Source: Candidatus Thorarchaeota archaeon (GTDB taxonomy: Archaea > Asgardarchaeota > Thorarchaeia > Thorarchaeales > Thorarchaeaceae). From it: DNA of 49,440 bases. The stretch covers positions 1-49,440 of the forward strand of contig JBHLQM010000015.1 of assembly GCA_048884785.1 (NCBI GenBank), in the 5' to 3' direction. Positions 19,623 through 30,119 of this stretch are shown here, piece after piece. The notes below the pieces were generated by a model. The model worked only from the letters and a program-made list of their open reading frames with translations. It did not search any database and had not been told where the DNA came from. Position 1 is the first letter of the stretch, and each line of letters begins with the position of its first letter. The position numbers were made by a program, and so were the translations under genes.

Positions 19623-19856
19623 ATGAAACGATTTGCGCCTTTCTTTGAACAAAAGCAAAACGAAGTCAGAAATCAGCGGCAGATTATTCAGCTAGCACTA
19701 TCTGAGGAACCAGCTTCTGTTTCGCGTCTGGCGGAGAAAACAGGGATGGCTAAGGATTTGATTGTCTGGAATCTGATGGGCCTTTTGAAGTGGGGTAAAA
19801 TTGTAATCGCTGGAGAGAAAAACAACGAGCTCATTTACTCATTGAAGGAAGTATGA
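19623..19856 (+). CDS. Small winged-helix protein at the end of the hdr cluster
   Basis: ALSEEPASVSRLAEKTGM...LMGLLKWGKI; SD GAGGGG. Confidence 0.75.
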   Translation: MKRFAPFFEQKQNEVRNQRQIIQLALSEEPASVSRLAEKTGMAKDLIVWNLMGLLKWGKIVIAGEKNNELIYSLKEV

Positions 19857-19882
19857 TTCACAAAGGATACTATCAGGCTCAT

Positions 19883-20935
19883 TCACATCCATTCTTTCCC
19901 GCGGAAATAAATGAGTAAAACAATGCCAATGATTACCATTGAAATGAGGAGAAACGGATATCCCCACACCCATTGTGTTTCAGGCATATACTGGAAGTTC
20001 ATGCCATAGATTGATGCAAGAAGGGTAAGAGGTATGAATATCGTTGAGATGACAGTTAGCACTCTCATAACTTCATTCATTCTATTGCTGACACTGGAGA
20101 GGTATATATCAAGCATCCCTGTCAGGGAGTCGCGATATGTTTCGAGAAGGTCTGTAATGCGAATAACATGGTCATAGAGGTCACGCAAGTATATTTGTGT
20201 ACTTTCGTTTATCAGTGAAGGTGCCTCACGGCTCAACCTGAATACAACTTCTCTCAAAGGCCATACAAATCTTCTGAACAAAATGAGATTTCTTTTCAGC
20301 TGGTAGATTCTTGATAACATCTCTCTCGACGGTTGCTTTATGAGGTCATTCTCCAATTCTTCAATGATGTCTCCGATTTTCTCAAGAACTACGAAGTAAT
20401 TGTCTATGAGGAGATCAACCAAGGCATATGTTAAGTAATCAGTTTTTGTAATCCTGATTCTAGTGCCTTGTTGATGTAGCCTTTTTATGATGGGCTCGAA
20501 AATTGGATTGGCAGATTCCTGGAATGAAAGAACAAAATTGTCGCCTAAAATGAAACTGATTTGCTCAGATGCTATTGTTTCGGAATCTTCATCATACGAA
20601 AAGGATCTAACTACAATGAAGAGGGTCCCATCAACCATCTCAAGTTTGGGCCGCTGTTCCGTACTTGAAATATCCTCAATAATGACAGGGTGCACTCCAA
20701 AATTTGATGCTATAGTTTCGATTGATTTGACGTCATGGACTCCATTAACATTAATCCACCTCATGACTTCTGGTTCGGATGGAGGAACACATTGCGCAGG
20801 TGTAGCTGTATCGATTTTCTCCATTTTCTGAGGTGAATAATCTATGGACATGATTCTGATTGATTCAACAAGCTTTAATCCGGTATGGACAACTGTACCT
20901 GGCGGCAAACCAACCTTTGAGCCATATTCACTCAT
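19883..20935 (-). CDS. corA: Magnesium/cobalt transporter CorA
   Basis: GLPPGT, WINVNG, QRPK, YLRDLYDH, YGMNF signature, MPE loop. Confidence 0.95.
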   Translation of the reverse strand: MSEYGSKVGLPPGTVVHTGLKLVESIRIMSIDYSPQKMEKIDTATPAQCVPPSEPEVMRWINVNGVHDVKSIETIASNFGVHPVIIEDISSTEQRPKLEMVDGTLFIVVRSFSYDEDSETIASEQISFILGDNFVLSFQESANPIFEPIIKRLHQQGTRIRITKTDYLTYALVDLLIDNYFVVLEKIGDIIEELENDLIKQPSREMLSRIYQLKRNLILFRRFVWPLREVVFRLSREAPSLINESTQIYLRDLYDHVIRITDLLETYRDSLTGMLDIYLSSVSNRMNEVMRVLTVISTIFIPLTLLASIYGMNFQYMPETQWVWGYPFLLISMVIIGIVLLIYFRGKEWM

Positions 20936-21082
20936 TGAAATTCATTGAATAGGACAAGGTTTTTCCACATAAGATTGACTATTTTTCTGTGTTCTCAGAA
21001 TAGCATGGTTTTGCTCCGTGTTCCACAGAAAAGCTCAAGTAGGACAAGGGATTTCTCTAGTTAGAGTGGCTTTGGGGTTTCA

Positions 21083-21625
21083 ATGGTGAGTGTAAATTAT
21101 CCAGACAATCTGAGATTCCTTGATGTAGTGATTGGTATCATTTCACTTGGTCTTGGGTTTTGGATAATTCTCGATGCGTCGTTGGTTTCAACAACCATTA
21201 TTTTCCTCATGGGTTTGGTACTGGCTGCTCTGGGATTCGGACGCATTGCAAAGGGCATCTTTTGGCTGGAAATGAGGAATGAGAAACGAGCGGTCAATAT
21301 TCTAGTAGGGATAATTTCAATGGGTCTGGCAGTTGCAGTATTTTTGCTTGCGTGGCTTGCGCTTGAGCTGCTGGTTATTATTGTGGCACTTGGAATACTC
21401 ATCATGGGCGTCGCAAGAATCTATCTGGGATTTTCTGAAAATGAAATGCAAAAATCGGGTAGAGCACTCAACTTGGCGGTAGGTGTAGTAGCCATTATTG
21501 TGGGAGTCTTTTCTATGATATTCCCTGCAATTGGGTTCTTCACCCTTGCTTTTGCCATCTCATTGGCATTCGTTTTCTTTGGATTATCTCGAATTCTTGG
21601 CGGAATTTCAGGAAAGGTTTGGTAA
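21083..21625 (+). CDS. DUF308/HdeD-like membrane protein
   Basis: Six short TM helices in a repeated G-I-I-S-x-x-L-G pattern. Confidence 0.7.
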   Translation: MVSVNYPDNLRFLDVVIGIISLGLGFWIILDASLVSTTIIFLMGLVLAALGFGRIAKGIFWLEMRNEKRAVNILVGIISMGLAVAVFLLAWLALELLVIIVALGILIMGVARIYLGFSENEMQKSGRALNLAVGVVAIIVGVFSMIFPAIGFFTLAFAISLAFVFFGLSRILGGISGKVW

Positions 21626-21669
21626 TCTATCGGAGAGGATATTTAGAGAATCCAAACCATGAACTGAAA

Positions 21670-22548
21670 TCATAATATTCTCTCAAGAAGAACTACTTCC
21701 ATCTCTCCCAATTCCCGATTTATCCAGTCAAGTGAATTGAGAGCTTCCCTGAACTGCATACCATACGTAACCATAATCTGGCTGTATCCTCTTTTCTTTG
21801 CCTCCTGAATATGAAATGAAAAATGTTCAAAGAATAGATTAGGATTCTTGGCCAATATTGTGAATGCCCATGTGGGTTCATGCATATCGTATCTTACTAT
21901 TCCAATAGAGAGGGCATTGACACCCTTTTCATTTCGATTGGCCCAAAATTCTGCCTCTCCCAACTTGTACAGCCCCATCGGTGCATCTCCCATCCCTATT
22001 GTTGCGTCGTATGCTTTCCAATCTACTACAACAACTCCATTGGGTACCAGGCCTGATTCCGCTATCGCCTTGAATTCAGCTATCGGATTTATAGCTATGA
22101 TCTTTGAAGATGGAAATGACCACTCAATCTTTCTAATATCCTCATGCCAGTAGACTCCAAACGACTGCAGTTTCTTCATTCCACTTTTGAATGCCAAATG
22201 AAGGGAATGCTCATTCTGGGAATCTGTCGTAAACCTTATCCTTTTGGCTCCGATCTCATACGCCATCTCGATTAGTTTGTCGGTTAGAATTGATGCATAC
22301 CCCTTCCCTCTGTAGTTCGGATGCACCCTCAATCCTTCCATCCAGCCTGTAGTTCCTTCATCAATCAGCCTGAGGTTGGCAAGTGCAGCTATATGTCCAT
22401 CCTGCTCAATAGCTAGGGTATGACATGTCTTGTCCTTCAGCCACTCATCGAAATAATGAGGCAGGTAATCATGTCCATCCCAGGTGTTTCGTGCAATCTC
22501 CAGGATATCATCCTTATCAGATTCACGAAGAGGTCTTGTGTATACCAT
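21670..22548 (-). CDS. GNAT-family N-acetyltransferase
   Basis: WDGHDYLP, WMEGLRVHPNYRGKGYA, NEHSLHLAFKSGM. Confidence 0.9.
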   Translation of the reverse strand: MVYTRPLRESDKDDILEIARNTWDGHDYLPHYFDEWLKDKTCHTLAIEQDGHIAALANLRLIDEGTTGWMEGLRVHPNYRGKGYASILTDKLIEMAYEIGAKRIRFTTDSQNEHSLHLAFKSGMKKLQSFGVYWHEDIRKIEWSFPSSKIIAINPIAEFKAIAESGLVPNGVVVVDWKAYDATIGMGDAPMGLYKLGEAEFWANRNEKGVNALSIGIVRYDMHEPTWAFTILAKNPNLFFEHFSFHIQEAKKRGYSQIMVTYGMQFREALNSLDWINRELGEMEVVLLERIL

Positions 22549-22729
22549 GCCTCGCTCTCAAGCATGTTACTTAATCTAGATTTCGAACAGGCCATACCAT
22601 AGATCGTGCCCTCTCATGTTAGAAGTCGAACAAATTCTTGAAACCTCAAATTTGCTTTAAAAGATAATAGTGGCAATCATGATAATGCTAGATTTGGTTC
22701 TCCCTTTCGGTTTTTGTTGATGACAATTC

Positions 22730-23179
22730 TCATGTTGCTTGAGAGTTTCTGCTTAGTTTGTCTTTCCAGAAAATGTAAGCGACAGAGGCACCAGCCAAAA
22801 GCAAGACCTCATTAACCCAGATCATGAAATAGAAAGGATTAGGAATATACGCAGAGAGAAGCATACTATAATTCAACGGTAAATTCAACTCATACAATAT
22901 GATGAATAACAATCCAGATGCACCGGTCCATAACGCACCAATGCTGTTCTCTCCGTTACCCTTCAGAATGCTAGCACCCAGAACTAAACCAAAGAAACCG
23001 ACCATTATCTGGACCATATAGAGGAAGGCTGTTGAAGGAGTGCATCCATCATATGTACATCCCGTAAAACTGGGATTAGCAAAATACCACGCACTGATTC
23101 CGTTAATGACCGGAGATATTCCCGAAATCAATAGGACGACTGGACCAATGATTGCTATGTTCTTGACATTCTTACTCAC
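22730..23179 (-). CDS. Hypothetical 4-TM membrane protein
   Basis: Four hydrophobic segments; loop CTYDGC; SD GAGGTG before the GTG start. Confidence 0.65.
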   Translation of the reverse strand: MSKNVKNIAIIGPVVLLISGISPVINGISAWYFANPSFTGCTYDGCTPSTAFLYMVQIMVGFFGLVLGASILKGNGENSIGALWTGASGLLFIILYELNLPLNYSMLLSAYIPNPFYFMIWVNEVLLLAGASVAYIFWKDKLSRNSQAT

Positions 23180-23307
23180 GCGTCACACCTCAATTTTAAT
23201 TTCATTAGACATAATTGCACCTACTCAATTTGAAACCTCAATTATCGGCGTCAAATGTGGTGGATTATTTAGTATATAATCGTTCTATTCAATTTGCATT
23301 GAAGTTC

Positions 23308-23329
23308 GACTTCGAGAACTCTCGAAGTC
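23308..23329. promoter_or_regulatory. Perfect inverted repeat between divergent genes
   Basis: GACTTCGAGA-AC-TCTCGAAGTC. Confidence 0.4.
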
Positions 23330-23589
23330 ATAGGAAAAGTACGTTCCTCCGATGTAGATTTTGAATCGAGTCTCTACGAATCTAAAAGAAACTGATGCAT
23401 CTCATTGTTGCTAATGAGTAATATGTAAGCTATAACACGTAATGCGTAAGTTAAAATCATACCCAACCATACTATGTTTTTAGTCTATTCCAAAAATGTG
23501 GAGGAATTGGGGAAACACTGTAACTGAGCACCTTGGATATTACATGGGTTTTCTATTACTGGAATAGATTTCCAATAGGAGGAGAGAGT

Positions 23590-24594
23590 TTGAAAATAAA
23601 AAGAGAGAAGACTCTTGCGTTGTTTGTAGGTATATGCATGGTCTTGACATTGTTTATGGCGGGTTTTGTTACAACAGCTGACGCAACAGGAACAATTGTC
23701 GAAACTGGATATATTTCGCAAGATGAAAACATATGGCACATCATAACAATACCTGAAGGTCCGGAAGTCGAAATCAAGCTGATGTGGGACGAACCGAAGC
23801 ATTATGTTATTGATCTTGATTTTGCTGTAGCCGGAGTAATGTATCCTCCATGGGAGTTTCCATGGCCATGGATTGGAGGATCCTTCAGGAATCCTGAAAT
23901 TGCATACTTGAACGAAATCGCTGATGATAAGCCTATTGCGATTGTTGTTAACGGATGGGTTGTTCCTGGAGATGGAGTAGCCTACCGCCTCGAGGTGACT
24001 TATGGTTCTGATATAATTCCAGATCCCTATGCTGAATCAGGCGGAAAAACCGTGGGAGAGTTGACAAGTTTTCATCATGCTTCCCGATTAGGTCTCTATA
24101 ATGCAGATAAACAAGGCGCCCCAGGTATGTTTGCAGAATCCAATCCTTCACGACAGAGCATTATGGGATTTTTGTCATTTTGGAATTTCTACTTGAGCAA
24201 AATGTATTATGGGCTCTATGAATATGGTGGATGGGCTGGACCAGCTTACTACGCAGGAGATGCCCTTCTGGTCGGTGCAATGGCATGGGCATGGTCGATG
24301 GATCTATACACCAGAGAAGAAGCTCAAGCTGAAATGGAAATGATGAATGTTCAATACAAGGTTGATAATATTCCGCTCGAAGAACTCGGTCATACTACTG
24401 AAAAACTAATTCGACCTGATTACTTGATTCGCGAATGGTATTACCGATGGCCTGCAGCAATCTTCAAACCTGGTGAGCTTTATGACCTGCTACCTTACAA
24501 TGCAGATGGGTTGCACACCTTACAACTCGAATATTATGATGTTGATGACCAGATGACCTATGAATTTGAGTGGTATTTCTATCTACTCTGGTAA
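23590..24594 (+). CDS. Secreted hypothetical protein with an N-terminal PPC-like beta domain
   Basis: TTG start after AGGAGGAG; signal peptide; IKLMWDE...IDLDFAV...NPEIAYL...YRLEV. Confidence 0.65.
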   Translation: MKIKREKTLALFVGICMVLTLFMAGFVTTADATGTIVETGYISQDENIWHIITIPEGPEVEIKLMWDEPKHYVIDLDFAVAGVMYPPWEFPWPWIGGSFRNPEIAYLNEIADDKPIAIVVNGWVVPGDGVAYRLEVTYGSDIIPDPYAESGGKTVGELTSFHHASRLGLYNADKQGAPGMFAESNPSRQSIMGFLSFWNFYLSKMYYGLYEYGGWAGPAYYAGDALLVGAMAWAWSMDLYTREEAQAEMEMMNVQYKVDNIPLEELGHTTEKLIRPDYLIREWYYRWPAAIFKPGELYDLLPYNADGLHTLQLEYYDVDDQMTYEFEWYFYLLW

Positions 24595-24622
24595 CTGCAA
24601 AAAGATAGTTTATGAACAATGG

Positions 24623-24662
24623 TGAGGTTGCGTTTTCTGCGCACCTCATCCCATTTCTTTTT
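24623..24662 (+). terminator. Putative terminator
   Basis: TGAGGT...ACCTCA stem followed by a T-rich tract. Confidence 0.45.
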
Positions 24663-25091
24663 GGACAACATCAATCTGTTTCGTCATTTTCTTGAATTCA
24701 GTCTCATCTGACATCCAACTAATGGTTTCACTTGCATGTCTTATCCCCTACCCGATGTAGATATTGAGCCTCCGATTTGGAAACCCTGTATATTGAGCCC
24801 CCTAGATACTGCTGGAAAGAGAAGTCTATCCTTTCAGAATCGTGTAATAACATATTTTTGATTAAATTTGAGCTTATTCAATTAAATGAAAGTCTTATTA
24901 GAAAACTATGGCTTATCAAAAAGAAATCTGAGACTCTCCATGATTTCTTTTGTTTGAGTTGTTGTGCTGGCTGTTCACTCATTTCTCTGGAACAACCATG
25001 AAGAGCGACTCCTCTATCATTCATATTATCGAATGTTTAAAATAGTATTTAGCCACTAGTTATGGGCGCAGGGTGAAAGTGGAGGCTAAGT

Positions 25092-26915
25092 GTGACTGAG
25101 ATGAGTTCAGGTCTTGCAAAACGGTTTGTGCTCTTGTCGATAGTATTGTGGATGTTTGCATCTCCGGTATTCGTTAATTCTCAGACAGAATACTCCTTTA
25201 CATTGAACGGACCCCATATCGAGAAGATAGCTTTCATAGTAATGAATGATGGTGTGATAGGACTTCTGGATGATGAAGTTGACATGGGCTCAGAAATGGT
25301 AGATCCGGCCTATGTTGACACATTGTCCCAAGCAGAGAATATAGAGATCGAAAGTTCACTCAGGAATGGCTATGGAGTTCTGGTGATTAACTGTGCTAAA
25401 TATCCTTTCAACATAACTGCATTCAGACGTGCAGTCGCTTTTGCTTTGGATAAGGAAGCCATATCCGATGATGTATGGGATGGCATGTCTCAGCCACAAG
25501 ACTCTATCATCCCTGCTGTGAATCCTTGGACAGTCGAAGGACAGCTATCATATACGTACTATGAATCCAATATAGAAGTTGGAAACCAACTTCTAGATGC
25601 AGCTAATTTCCTAGATATTGATGACGATGGTTTTCGAGAAGCCCCGGATGGTTCAGATTTCCAAGTAAGAATCGAATGTGCCCATCTATCGCAAATAGCA
25701 ACTGAAGTGGGAGAAATAACCGAAGATGCATTGCTGGCTCTAGCTCTTGATGCAAATTCTCGTCCGACTGATTTCTATGAATACCTGAATCGACTCTATT
25801 ATCACGGTGATTATGATATTGTCTTTTTCGGACTTCAATTTGATTTGGATTTTGATTGCGATTGGATGGCTTCAGAATTTCACTCCGACAATGCAGATGT
25901 TCCTTTTAGGAACTGTGCGAATTTTAGGAATGCAACATTCGATGAATTGTCTGAAGACCTCATAAACTCGATTACATATGAGGAAGTTTGCGAAGCAGCT
26001 ATGGAACTTCAAAAAATCTTGGTCTATGAGTGTCCTTGGATTATCTGCTTTGAGAACTTCTACATAAGCGCACATCGAACAGATAGATTTGAGGGTTTCA
26101 TTAGCATACAAGGTACCAATTGGTGGACCTATTATCAAGCACGCCTTAATGAAAATCTTGGAGGTCCCTTTGGTGGTACTTTGAGAGTTGCTCAAGCCTT
26201 GGGGCCAGACACCTTCAACTTCATGTTAACAGGTTCAGGTTATTCTTGGGATATTCTTTCTGAATTGTATGATCCCCTTATACGACTTGACCCCTGCGGA
26301 AATGATGTAAATTGGCTCTGTGAGAGCTATGCAATTCGGACGCACAGTGACAATCCAAGTATACCTGATGGTTATACTCGAATTATTTTTGATTTGGTGC
26401 AGAATGCTACATGGATAGATGGAACTCCACTGACGGCAGAAGACGTTGCATTCACGTTTAATTACTACAGAGATACAACGAGCAATCCGTTTGGTTGGGA
26501 TCTTTCAGACATGACTGCCGTGTACGCTCCAACGCCCTATCGAGTCATTTTTGAATATAGTACAGAATCATACTGGCATCTTCATACCGTATCCTACAAA
26601 CCAATAATTCCGAAACATGTCTTTGAGAACATTGGTCTGGCCGGATGGAACCTATGGAACCCGCACCCTCCAGAAGATGAGATGGTGACTTCTGGACCGT
26701 TTAATGTTTCAGAGCACATTGACGGAGAGTTTACAGAGTTGACAAGAAACGATGCATACTTCAGAGGATTTGATGATGATGTTCAAAGAAGTACCACAAG
26801 CGATGCTCCTCCTCCCAATTTCATCATGGTTCTATCAGTAGGGGTATTTAGCGCGGTAATTGCTGTTGTAATTGGAGGAATGGTCATTCTAAGACGTCAA
26901 GTTCTGGGTGCTTGA
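25092..26915 (+). CDS. Family-5 (OppA/DppA-like) ABC substrate-binding protein, circularly permuted, C-terminal TM anchor
   Basis: FRRAVAFALDK in the first half; GGTLRV, LYDPL, WIDGTPLTAEDVAFT and SGPF in the second half. Confidence 0.85.
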   Translation: MTEMSSGLAKRFVLLSIVLWMFASPVFVNSQTEYSFTLNGPHIEKIAFIVMNDGVIGLLDDEVDMGSEMVDPAYVDTLSQAENIEIESSLRNGYGVLVINCAKYPFNITAFRRAVAFALDKEAISDDVWDGMSQPQDSIIPAVNPWTVEGQLSYTYYESNIEVGNQLLDAANFLDIDDDGFREAPDGSDFQVRIECAHLSQIATEVGEITEDALLALALDANSRPTDFYEYLNRLYYHGDYDIVFFGLQFDLDFDCDWMASEFHSDNADVPFRNCANFRNATFDELSEDLINSITYEEVCEAAMELQKILVYECPWIICFENFYISAHRTDRFEGFISIQGTNWWTYYQARLNENLGGPFGGTLRVAQALGPDTFNFMLTGSGYSWDILSELYDPLIRLDPCGNDVNWLCESYAIRTHSDNPSIPDGYTRIIFDLVQNATWIDGTPLTAEDVAFTFNYYRDTTSNPFGWDLSDMTAVYAPTPYRVIFEYSTESYWHLHTVSYKPIIPKHVFENIGLAGWNLWNPHPPEDEMVTSGPFNVSEHIDGEFTELTRNDAYFRGFDDDVQRSTTSDAPPPNFIMVLSVGVFSAVIAVVIGGMVILRRQVLGA

Positions 26916-26952
26916 GATCACACCTATCTCAAGCTTCCTTAATTTGTCCAGT

Positions 26953-26992
26953 TTTAGCGTGTGTCAAAAACAAGAGTCTTGACTACGACTGG
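26953..26992 (-). repeat. Displaced copy of the eutA 3' end (att-like direct repeat of 31021-31060)
   Basis: 36/40 identity by hand alignment; encodes PVVVKTLVFDTR* versus EutA PVVVKTLVFDIH*. Confidence 0.85.
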
Positions 26993-27203
26993 GAATACGT
27001 CCTGCCTAGAATCACACATCTATGGTTCACATAGTGCTTGTGAAATCGTGATAGTTGATTGCACTCTCCATGATGGACTCTAAGTCTCTCTTAGCGTCAT
27101 CATTGATGAATGGATAGTACATAGTTATTGTTCCAAGAGGTTTCATATGATCCCACGCGAATCTTCTTCTACTAACTGTGCACTAACATGGATTTGAAAT
27201 CTG

Positions 27204-27305
27204 TGTATGACATACAGCAGTGAGTATTCTGTTGATGAATATCAGTTCTCAAGAAATGCGTTCTCATGGAGGCATTTTGCGAGCATTCGTGTAGGATACT
27301 ATATC
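27204..27305. repeat. 102-bp dispersed repeat, copy 1 (long imperfect hairpin)
   Basis: 98/102 identical to 30668-30769. Confidence 0.9.
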
Positions 27306-27396
27306 AATGTGCAAGGAGTTCAAATTCCCATCTCTGTTAGTCTTGAATACTTCAATGGCTATATTTGAAATCTTACATTCAAACGAATAACTTTAA

Positions 27397-28632
27397 TTGC
27401 ATAATTTGAAGCGCGGAAATAGAGCTGAGCCACCGTTGATCTCCTATAAAACAATCCTAACATTCTCGTTGATTGTAGCTCTTACTCTTTCCATGAGCAA
27501 TCATCAGTACGCAATTAGTCAATCATCAAATAGAGATTATTGGCCCACAGATGAGTGGAGAGTAGTCACGCCTGAAATTCAAGGAATGAACTCGTCGCTT
27601 TTGAATGATATGCTTTCACGAGTTGATGATCTGAATTTAGATATTGATTCTGTATCAATAATTCGAAATGGATACCTTGTGTTCCATGAACTACCATCAG
27701 GAAATTATGACGGTACTGCAATGCATGTCCTGGCATCTGTTGCAAAGAGTGTATCCTCCGTATTGGTTGGTATTGCAATTGATCTAGGTTACATCTCAAA
27801 TCTATCTCAGAGAGTTATTGATTTCTTTCCAGATAGAACCATCGATAATATGGATGGCCGTAAGGAAAATTGGACACTAGAGCACCTACTAACAATGACC
27901 TCAGGTCTTGAATGGGACGAAGTTTCGTATTCCTATGAGAGTTCTTTGAATAGTTACTCCCAGTTGACACAGAGCGAGGATTGGATTCAGTTCATGTTAG
28001 ACCTTCCAATGGAAACTGAGCCAGGAACCTCCTGGACATATAACTCAGGGTCAGTTTTTCTAATTTCACCTATCATCGAGAGTCTTACTAATATGACCCT
28101 AGGAGAATTCGCTGAAGAATATCTCTTTAGACCTCTTGGGATCACAAATTACTATTGGGAACAGAATCCAAATGGGTTCTACATCGCAAATGGGCATTTT
28201 GGTCTTGCTACGTTAGACCTGGCAAAAATTGGCTTTATGTTATTAAATAATGGAACTTGGGAGAATAACCAGATTATCTCAAGTGATTGGATTCAAGAAT
28301 CAAAAAGAACAAGACATTTCTTTTCTGATGATAGAGGATATGGTTATCTTTGGTGGACATTACCTGATATTGATGTCTACTATGCCTTGGGAGCATACAA
28401 TCAACATTTGTTCATTTCTCCAGATCATGATCTGGTTGTAAGCATCACCGCAAGTATTGCTGGCAATAATCCTGTTCTGTCATTATTCAGGAATTACATT
28501 CTTCCCTCAATTATAGGTCCTATACAAAGTATCCCATTTTTCCTTAGTCCCACAGTTACTTTACTAGTCATCGTTGCGATTGGATCTGTAATAGGAGTGG
28601 CAGTAGTAGCATTCTTTCGTAAGAAAGGATAG
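27397..28632 (+). CDS. Serine hydrolase, beta-lactamase/class-C-like family, membrane anchored
   Basis: SVAK (SxxK), HLLTMTSGL, WTYNSG, GYGYLWW, ALGAYNQ; signal peptide and C-terminal TM. Exact start uncertain. Confidence 0.88.
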   Translation: MHNLKRGNRAEPPLISYKTILTFSLIVALTLSMSNHQYAISQSSNRDYWPTDEWRVVTPEIQGMNSSLLNDMLSRVDDLNLDIDSVSIIRNGYLVFHELPSGNYDGTAMHVLASVAKSVSSVLVGIAIDLGYISNLSQRVIDFFPDRTIDNMDGRKENWTLEHLLTMTSGLEWDEVSYSYESSLNSYSQLTQSEDWIQFMLDLPMETEPGTSWTYNSGSVFLISPIIESLTNMTLGEFAEEYLFRPLGITNYYWEQNPNGFYIANGHFGLATLDLAKIGFMLLNNGTWENNQIISSDWIQESKRTRHFFSDDRGYGYLWWTLPDIDVYYALGAYNQHLFISPDHDLVVSITASIAGNNPVLSLFRNYILPSIIGPIQSIPFFLSPTVTLLVIVAIGSVIGVAVVAFFRKKG

Positions 28633-28669
28633 TCTTGGGAAAATCTAGCGCTGATTATAGATGATATAT

Positions 28670-29629
28670 TCAACCAAGAAGTGATGAGAGAAGTTTCATT
28701 TTTTTGTCAATGAAGTCCATGACTTTTGATTTGGGCACGCTGGCTGCCAAATTTGATTCAACCTGCTTAAACGACAATTCCAACAGCAAATTAAAACTCC
28801 CTGAGATAACACTGACAAATGCGATTAATTCAAGATTGTGCCAATGATTGTTTGGGATTCCCTTTCTCGCAAAGTGTTCTTCTTGCATTAATGTTGCGGA
28901 TTCAGATTCACTGAATAGATATACTATGTCGTATAGCTTATCCGCAATGCAACATAGGCTGAGATCCAGTAGCATAGCCCTGCCTTGCTGAAATACGATG
29001 TTGTCTTCATAGAGGTCTCCATGTGCAGTCACAGGCTTCCAAATCATTCCTTCAATTTGCTCATGTATATCTTGTACTTGGTGCAGGAATTGCTCAAGTC
29101 GTGATGAAATTCGTGAATCAAGCATTGCTTTCCACCTCATTAGGTTTTGTTTCAATGGACTCATCAATTCGTTAACATAGTCATTGCCATCTTTGCTTCT
29201 GTGTAAACATGGTAAGTCAATTTGATTGAGCCTATCCAATGTTTCAGTGAGCTGATTGTAAATATGACCTTTGATGTCGTTTGGACTTGAGTAAATATGT
29301 CCCTCTAGGTATTCGAGTATAATGAATGGTATTTCTCCATCTGCATCCAAATATCCTGTATACAAAGGTCTTGAGCAAATCTCATGTGGGGCCAGAGCTT
29401 CATGAATCGAGAACAGTCGAGTGAAATCGGTTCCATCTCTAGTCGGTGGAAACTTCACTATTATTTTCGGAACACTATTCACATTTCCAGTAAAATTGAG
29501 CGAAGACCAGCCATCGAGTGATATCGGCGAGAGTGTCATCTTCTCGTCGAAATCAACAACGGAGGAAATCTGCTTCTCAATTTCCAACAGAGGAATCTTG
29601 TGGACTGTATCAACAACTCTGCTCTTCAT
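28670..29629 (-). CDS. Aminoglycoside-phosphotransferase/choline-kinase-like protein
   Basis: GWSS loop, IIVKF, ILEYLEG, AHGDLYEDNI, LLDL. Confidence 0.8.
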   Translation of the reverse strand: MKSRVVDTVHKIPLLEIEKQISSVVDFDEKMTLSPISLDGWSSLNFTGNVNSVPKIIVKFPPTRDGTDFTRLFSIHEALAPHEICSRPLYTGYLDADGEIPFIILEYLEGHIYSSPNDIKGHIYNQLTETLDRLNQIDLPCLHRSKDGNDYVNELMSPLKQNLMRWKAMLDSRISSRLEQFLHQVQDIHEQIEGMIWKPVTAHGDLYEDNIVFQQGRAMLLDLSLCCIADKLYDIVYLFSESESATLMQEEHFARKGIPNNHWHNLELIAFVSVISGSFNLLLELSFKQVESNLAASVPKSKVMDFIDKKMKLLSSLLG

Positions 29630-29777
29630 CCTGTCATCTACCTATAGAATCACAATTAAGTTCTGTCCTGTGTTATTCTCCAGACGCCATTTTTTGATAC
29701 TTTGCTTTAATCTGTCATTTTTGTGAATTGCTCTCGGCTTTAGAACATCACTAGTCTTCGAGCCAACTTGGATTTCG

Positions 29778-29947
29778 TAATTTTTTGCAAAGCTTGGTGT
29801 CTAATTGTTCAAATATTAGCTATGTTAAACAATGATTTTACATTTTGGAAATTACGGTCGAGGCAGTGAGCATAATTTTTTGCAAAGCTTGGTGTCTAAT
29901 TGTTCCAATATTAGCTATCTTAAACAGTGATTTTATATTTTAGAAAT
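29778..29947. repeat. Tandem 75-bp duplication (29778-29852 and 29873-29947)
   Basis: 70/75 identity, period 95 bp, AT-rich, between divergent genes. Confidence 0.9.
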
Positions 29948-30119
29948 GTATATGAATATACTTTGGAGGTAGAACAAATAGCAATTGTTCAGAGAAAGAA
30001 ACGCAGATTCAGGAGGGGAACAAATATCCGGACTACCTCCATACAAGAGTCTCGAAAGAGGCGTTAGAATGAGTTTTGAAAGTAATTAGAAATTAACTGA
30101 GACGAGGTGATAAAAGAAG

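Noticed and set aside
19584-19625. Possible longer wHTH N-terminus (LDDI*AFLDEGLEM) interrupted by TAA, and a 12-codon ORF bridging hdrA and the wHTH gene
   Set aside because: The ATG at 19623 has its own GAGGGG SD; nothing else supports either reading.
15136-19626. Selenocysteine read-through or SECIS in the hdr genes
   Set aside because: The usual Sec position is Cys (DCSAC, TGT). The hdrC and first hdrA TGA stops overlap the next start codons. Read-through after 19591 gives no MvhD-like sequence and hits further stops.
24760-24801. ATATTGAGCC repeated twice; short ORFs at 24777-25001
   Set aside because: Too short to separate from chance, with no coding signal.
27228-27275. AUGA...AA...GA SECIS-like pattern in the 102-bp repeat
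   Set aside because: The required helix II does not pair and no selenoprotein gene is adjacent.
27397-29629. Antibiotic-resistance cassette (beta-lactamase plus APH)
   Set aside because: The motifs support only superfamily membership; both families are common in archaea with unrelated substrates.
29778-29947. CRISPR-like repeat-spacer-repeat
   Set aside because: The unit is 75 bp with only two copies, and there are no cas genes.
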